DNA of 64,000 nucleotides from an uncultured Chloroflexia bacterium (GTDB lineage: Bacteria; Chloroflexota; Anaerolineae; Anaerolineales; E44-bin32). The notes below the pieces were generated by a model. The model did not search any database and was not told the DNA's origin. It worked only from the letters and a program-made list of their open reading frames with translations. The DNA lies in NCBI GenBank assembly GCA_963777165.1, contig CAVZPO010000027.1, positions 22,209 to 86,208 on the forward strand, read 5' to 3'. Made by a program: the position numbers and the translations under genes. Numbering within the stretch: the stretch's first letter is position 1; each line of letters starts with the position of its first letter. Shown here one piece after another: positions 60,018 through 64,000 of the stretch.

Positions 60018-61421
60018 ATGACCACCACCTACCCGTCCGCAGAATACTTCGACCAGGTCGCCGATCGCTGGGACTCCCTGCGCTCCGGCTACTTCACCGA
60101 GGCGGTGCGCGAGGCCGCCATCCACAAGGCCTACCTGCATCCGGAGATGATCGTCGCCGACGTCGGCGCCGGCACCGGGTTCATGACCGCCGGACTGGCG
60201 CCCCTCGTCCGCCGCGTCCACGTGATCGACGGCGCCGAAGCGATGCTCGACGTGGCGCGCAAGAACCTGGCCGCCTTCGCCAATCTCGAGTTCCACCACG
60301 CCGACGGCCTGTCGCTGCCCCTGCCCGATGGAGGCCTCGATGCCGCCTTTGCCAACATGTACCTGCATCACTGCCCCGATCCACTGCCGGCGATCCAGGA
60401 GATGGTCCGCACGCTGCGGCCCGGCGGCCGACTGGTCCTGACCGACATGGATTCCCACGACCACGAGTGGCTCAAGGCCGAGATGGCCGACGTGTGGCTG
60501 GGCTTCGACCGCACCCGGATCCGCGCCTGGTTCGAGCAAGCCGGGTTGGTCAACGTGATCGTCGACTGTACCGGCGAATCTTGCCACGCCGAGCGCGAGT
60601 CCGACGGCAAGGCGGCCACCAGCATCGGCATCTTCGTCGCCACCGGGACGAAGCGCATCCGCGCTCGAGAGGCGGTCCAGGCGTCGTACGCCGCCCGGGC
60701 GCTCAACGCCGAGTGCGGCTGCAGTGACACAGCCTGCTGCACGCCGGGGACGATCACCCTGGACGAGATCCAACCGACCAGCGTGCACTTCGACGGCGGT
60801 TACTCGCCGGCGGAGAAAGCCGCCATCCCGACCGAAGCGGCCGAGATCTCACTTGGCTGCGGGAACCCAACGGCGATGGCCAATCTGAAGCCGGGCGAGG
60901 TCGTGCTCGACATCGGCAGCGGCGGGGGGATCGACGCCTTCCTGGCCGCCCAGCGCGTCGGCCCCGAAGGCCGTGTGATCGGCGTCGACATGACACCGCC
61001 CATGCTTCAGCGTGCCCGCCGCGCCGCCGAGCAGGGCGGGTACGCCAACGTCAGCTTCCGCCACGGCCTGGCCGAGGCGCTGCCGGCCGACGATGCCTCG
61101 GTGGACGTGATCATCTCCAACTGTGTGATCAATCTGACCGAGGACAAGGCGAAGGTCTTCGCCGAGGCATTCCGCGTGCTCAGGCCCGGCGGCCGGCTGG
61201 AAGTCAACGATATGGTCTTCGGCGGCGCGGTGCTGCCATCGATGCGCGTGTCGGCGACCGGTTGGTCGGAGTGCATCTCCGGCGCGCTGCCCGAGGCCGA
61301 GTATGTCGACCTGGTGCGGCAGGCAGGCTTCGGCGACATTCACGTACGCCGCTCCACGAGTTCCGGGGAGGCCACCGGCGTTGCGGTCTATAGCGTGCAG
61401 CTCTCGGCGCGCAAGGCCTGA
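60018..61421 (+). CDS. arsM: Two-domain SAM-dependent methyltransferase: N-terminal class I MTase fused to an ArsM-like arsenite methyltransferase
   Basis: ORF 59997..61421, Met at 60018. Domain 1: [15 protein letters not shown]...LRPGGRLVL. Linker with [10 protein letters not shown]. Domain 2: [34 protein letters not shown]...VIGVDMT...ISNCVINL...FRVLRPGG...WSECISGAL. Confidence 0.8.
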   Translation: MTTTYPSAEYFDQVADRWDSLRSGYFTEAVREAAIHKAYLHPEMIVADVGAGTGFMTAGLAPLVRRVHVIDGAEAMLDVARKNLAAFANLEFHHADGLSLPLPDGGLDAAFANMYLHHCPDPLPAIQEMVRTLRPGGRLVLTDMDSHDHEWLKAEMADVWLGFDRTRIRAWFEQAGLVNVIVDCTGESCHAERESDGKAATSIGIFVATGTKRIRAREAVQASYAARALNAECGCSDTACCTPGTITLDEIQPTSVHFDGGYSPAEKAAIPTEAAEISLGCGNPTAMANLKPGEVVLDIGSGGGIDAFLAAQRVGPEGRVIGVDMTPPMLQRARRAAEQGGYANVSFRHGLAEALPADDASVDVIISNCVINLTEDKAKVFAEAFRVLRPGGRLEVNDMVFGGAVLPSMRVSATGWSECISGALPEAEYVDLVRQAGFGDIHVRRSTSSGEATGVAVYSVQLSARKA

Positions 61422-61751
61422 GGCGCGGCATCTGGCGACTAGCGGGGAGCGACAAGCCACGAGTATTCGGAGGGTGGGCACGCAAGACCCATGAGGCAGC
61501 CTGCCCAGTCGGCCATGTGGGATACGGCCGACTCTCCCCCACGCCTAACATCGCGCAGCCCATGGTCACCGTCCTCCCCTAAATTGGTGAGCGGGTTGGG
61601 GGTTTTCCCCATCCGCTTAAGGGGAGCGGGAAGTCGGCTCGGGATTCCCGGGTCCGAGGTCGTTTCGCGGGGAGGCATGGGGGAACCGAGCGGCCGGGCA
61701 GGGCCGGCGATGGCGGGGATTGAGGGAGCTGGCCGGCGATCGAAGAGGGGG

Positions 61752-62768
61752 TTAGCCAGCTACGGGCGACTCGCCGACTGGGGCAACATCCCGCAAGATC
61801 TGCTTGAGGCTGCCGGAGGCGAGCACCTCGCGCCGGGCTCGCCGGCCGACTTCAAGCCAGCGCACGAGCCGGATGCGGTCGGCGGCGATCTCGATCGCGG
61901 TCATGCTGCCATCACTGAAGGAACAGCACCCCGTGTTGATGAAGCACGGCTGCTCCTGGGACCGGGCGAAGGCCAGGTCGGCCTCAATCCGCTCCAGCAC
62001 TTCGCTCTCGTAGGCCTCCGGCTGGTTGCGCAGCTCGTCATAGGTGGCGGTGAGCTGCTCAAAACGCGCTGCTGACGGGAAGATCGGGTGATGCGTGTGG
62101 CCAGCAACGACCAAGACTCCGGGTTGACTGACTGCCCATTCATACATGGCAAGCTCATGCTTTCGCGCCAGGCGCCAATCGGTGGCCGGGGTCGTCCTCC
62201 TGATTTTCGTCAGACGTTGGATTGGTCGCCAAAAGTAGTGCACTGCCCAGTGACTCAGCCAACCGTACCGATCGCCCCACGCCGTACCCTGGTGTCCATG
62301 AACCAGGAAGACTTCGCCGAGACGCTTATTGCGGTCCATCACCTCAAGACGCAGTGCCTCCAGGACGCCCACGCTGCCTAGCAGCGGATTGAGGTACCGT
62401 TCGACTTCGGCTTGCAGATGCCAGTCCTCGTCATGGTTGCCAAGGAACCGCCAGTAGCGGCCAACGTCCAGGAAGGGCTTCTCCGCCCGGATCGAGTCCG
62501 CGTGCTCGGCAACCACCTCGGACGGACGGCACTCCCACAGGTCCTCAACGTCGCCGAGGACGGCCAGGACACAGCCGGCCGCCTGATAGTGCTCGAGCGC
62601 AGCGCGGTAGACTGCTTTGCAGGCAAGGAAGTCGTCAGCGCCATCGCCGGATCCGCGATGGAGGTCCGAAACTACGGCGAGGCGCAGGTTGCTGAGCTCG
62701 AACGGCACCAAGGGCGCCTGGGCGTAGGCGCGATCGAGCCCGGCGTTGATGTTCTGCTGGTAATTCAT
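61752..62768 (-). CDS. Calcineurin-like metallophosphoesterase
   Basis: ORF 61752..63134(-), Met at 62768 (MNYQQNINAG). Motifs: VVSDLHRG, LGDVEDLWE, LGNHD, VAGHTHH. Confidence 0.85.
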   Translation of the reverse strand: MNYQQNINAGLDRAYAQAPLVPFELSNLRLAVVSDLHRGSGDGADDFLACKAVYRAALEHYQAAGCVLAVLGDVEDLWECRPSEVVAEHADSIRAEKPFLDVGRYWRFLGNHDEDWHLQAEVERYLNPLLGSVGVLEALRLEVMDRNKRLGEVFLVHGHQGTAWGDRYGWLSHWAVHYFWRPIQRLTKIRRTTPATDWRLARKHELAMYEWAVSQPGVLVVAGHTHHPIFPSAARFEQLTATYDELRNQPEAYESEVLERIEADLAFARSQEQPCFINTGCCSFSDGSMTAIEIAADRIRLVRWLEVGRRARREVLASGSLKQILRDVAPVGESPVAG

Positions 62769-63279
62769 CGTCCTCCAGACCGGGCGTGCGGCAGGGAAAG
62801 TACCCGATGGCCGGTATCCTACCAAGAAAAGAGGACGGGCGCCGCACACCAACACGCGTGCCCTGCCCGTCTCGCAATCTCGGGGACGGCAGCCGCGGCA
62901 GAGTGTCCCAGCAGCGGATATCGTCCCGAGGAGCCCCGCGCTCTGTGTGGGACGACGGGATAATCCCGGAAGCTGTGCGAGGCAATGGCCGCTCGCGGGG
63001 ACAAACCCCCGCCCTTCCCTCCCTCCTTTTGCTGCGCCTCGGGCACCTTCGGCGGTCCCAGGGGAGGGAATCGGGGCGCGGATCACCCTAGACAGATCCA
63101 CGGGCCTGTGGTATTCTTGCCCGCAAGGTAGCATGCTGGTTGTGTCTGGACGTCGTAGCGTTTCGACCTGAGCAGCAAGTGCTCAGGTCGTTTCGGTTAA
63201 CTCCGGGTCCCCGGACAACCCGACCTCCTGAAGAACACCACAGGCGCCTCAACACTTTTTGCCTGAGGAGGCAAACACA

Positions 63280-63489
63280 ATGACAGAACGTATCCAGGGT
63301 ACCGTGAAGTGGTTCAACGCCGGCAAGGGCTTCGGCTTCATCTCCCGCGAGGGCGGGGACGATGTCTTTGTCCACCACTCGGCGATCCTCGCCGAGGGCT
63401 ATCGCAGCCTCGAGGAAGGCCAGCGCGTCGAGTTCACCGTCGTGCAGGGCCCCAAGGGCCTGCAGGCCGCGTCGGTTACCGTCCTCTAG
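63280..63489 (+). CDS. cspA: Cold-shock protein (CspA family)
   Basis: ORF 63259..63489. Met at 63280 follows GAGGAGG. Sequence: [36 protein letters not shown]. Confidence 0.95.
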   Translation: MTERIQGTVKWFNAGKGFGFISREGGDDVFVHHSAILAEGYRSLEEGQRVEFTVVQGPKGLQAASVTVL

Positions 63490-63513
63490 ACGGCCAAACC
63501 ATCGTACCCAACA

Positions 63514-63545
63514 AGCAGCCCCCATCCGGGGGCTGCTTCCTTTTC
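63514..63545 (+). terminator. Rho-independent terminator: AGCAGCCCCC-ATCC-GGGGGCTGCT followed by TCCTTTT
   Basis: Read directly. It begins 25 nt after the csp stop. Confidence 0.8.
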
Positions 63546-63737
63546 CCCTGCTTTCCCCCTGGCCCGCGTCCAAGGCCGCCCCTCCCGCCGAGGGCATGCG
63601 GCCCCCACATGGGGGCCGCGATGGCCGAGGCGGGCCAGAGTTTGAATCCGCCAACACGCGCCTCGCCCGCGCCCTGAAAGGGTTGTAGTATGGGAGAGAG
63701 GCGCCCGCTCGACGCCGGCGCCCTCGCCCCCTCCCCT

Positions 63738-64000
63738 ATGACGAACCCCATGCCCGCCGCCTCCGCGCCGACCGTGACCGTCGCCGGGTTGTCGTTCCGC
63801 TACCGCGACCGCGAGTCGCCGGCGATCGAGGGACTGTCGTTCGAGGTGCCGGCGGGCGAGGTGCTGCTGATCGCCGGCGCCAGCGGCTGCGGCAAGACGA
63901 CGCTGATCCGCTGCATCAACGGATTGATCCCACGTTCCTACAAGGGCGAGCTGCAGGGTCGCATCGAGCTGCTCGGCCAGGACACCGCCGGGCTGCCGCT
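63738..64000 (+). CDS. ABC transporter ATP-binding protein (ECF/cobalt-type ATPase-like), 5' part only; it runs off the window
   Basis: Own translation from ATG 63738: MTNPMPAASAPTVTVAGLSFRYRDRESPAIEGLSFEVPAGEVLLIAGASGCGKTTLIRCINGLIP... Confidence 0.8.
   Translation, partial: MTNPMPAASAPTVTVAGLSFRYRDRESPAIEGLSFEVPAGEVLLIAGASGCGKTTLIRCINGLIPRSYKGELQGRIELLGQDTAGLP

Noticed and set aside
61507-61533. Hairpin AGTCGGCC-ATGTGGGATAC-GGCCGACT followed by CTCCCCCAC, which superficially resembles the 19.7-30.6 kb repeat family.
   Set aside because: The stem sequence, loop and box order differ, and it lacks the CCCCAAGTGGCGGAG box. It is probably an unrelated terminator-like hairpin after the methyltransferase gene.

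Overview
High-GC bacterial chromosomal window (phylum not determinable from sequence alone) dominated by carbohydrate catabolism. Left to right: (1) a minus-strand rare-sugar cluster at 1-9066: ABC permease and binding protein, FucI-family isomerase, class II aldolase, TIM-barrel epimerase, FGGY kinase, SorC-SIS regulator. (2) A ribose operon at 9558-13344 (LacI-type repressor, rbsK, rbsD, oxidoreductase) with a palindrome array in its promoter. (3) A decayed IS3-family transposase remnant. (4) A DJ-1x2 / TIM-like / RpiB-like / aldo-keto reductase cluster. (5) About 1.1 kb with no credible CDS that contains a tRNA-like minihelix. (6) hup, a PAS-GAF histidine kinase with a NarL-type regulator, and a run of small stress and membrane proteins. 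(7) The main feature: a complete bacterial microcompartment (BMC) locus at 35.1-41.9 kb, with a GntR regulator, extended RpiB, extended DeoC, acylating aldehyde dehydrogenase, 1 BMC-H, 2 BMC-T, 3 BMC-P, and tpiA as the convergent neighbour. This is the bioinformatically defined sugar-phosphate-utilisation (SPU) type. (8) The BMC-P3/tpiA junction is split by a 6.6-kb block of heavily decayed arabinose genes, bracketed by a 441/444-bp imperfect direct repeat. (9) A MacB-type ABC system, a KAS III / PlsC / lipase trio, an ArsR plus dual-methyltransferase ArsM pair, a metallophosphoesterase, a cold-shock protein and the start of an ABC ATPase. Two window-wide observations: many conserved genes carry single-base frame breaks, and a roughly 60-75 nt box-plus-hairpin intergenic repeat occurs five times between 19.7 and 30.6 kb. 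Many long ORFs in the supplied track are antisense shadows of real genes and are not reported as features.
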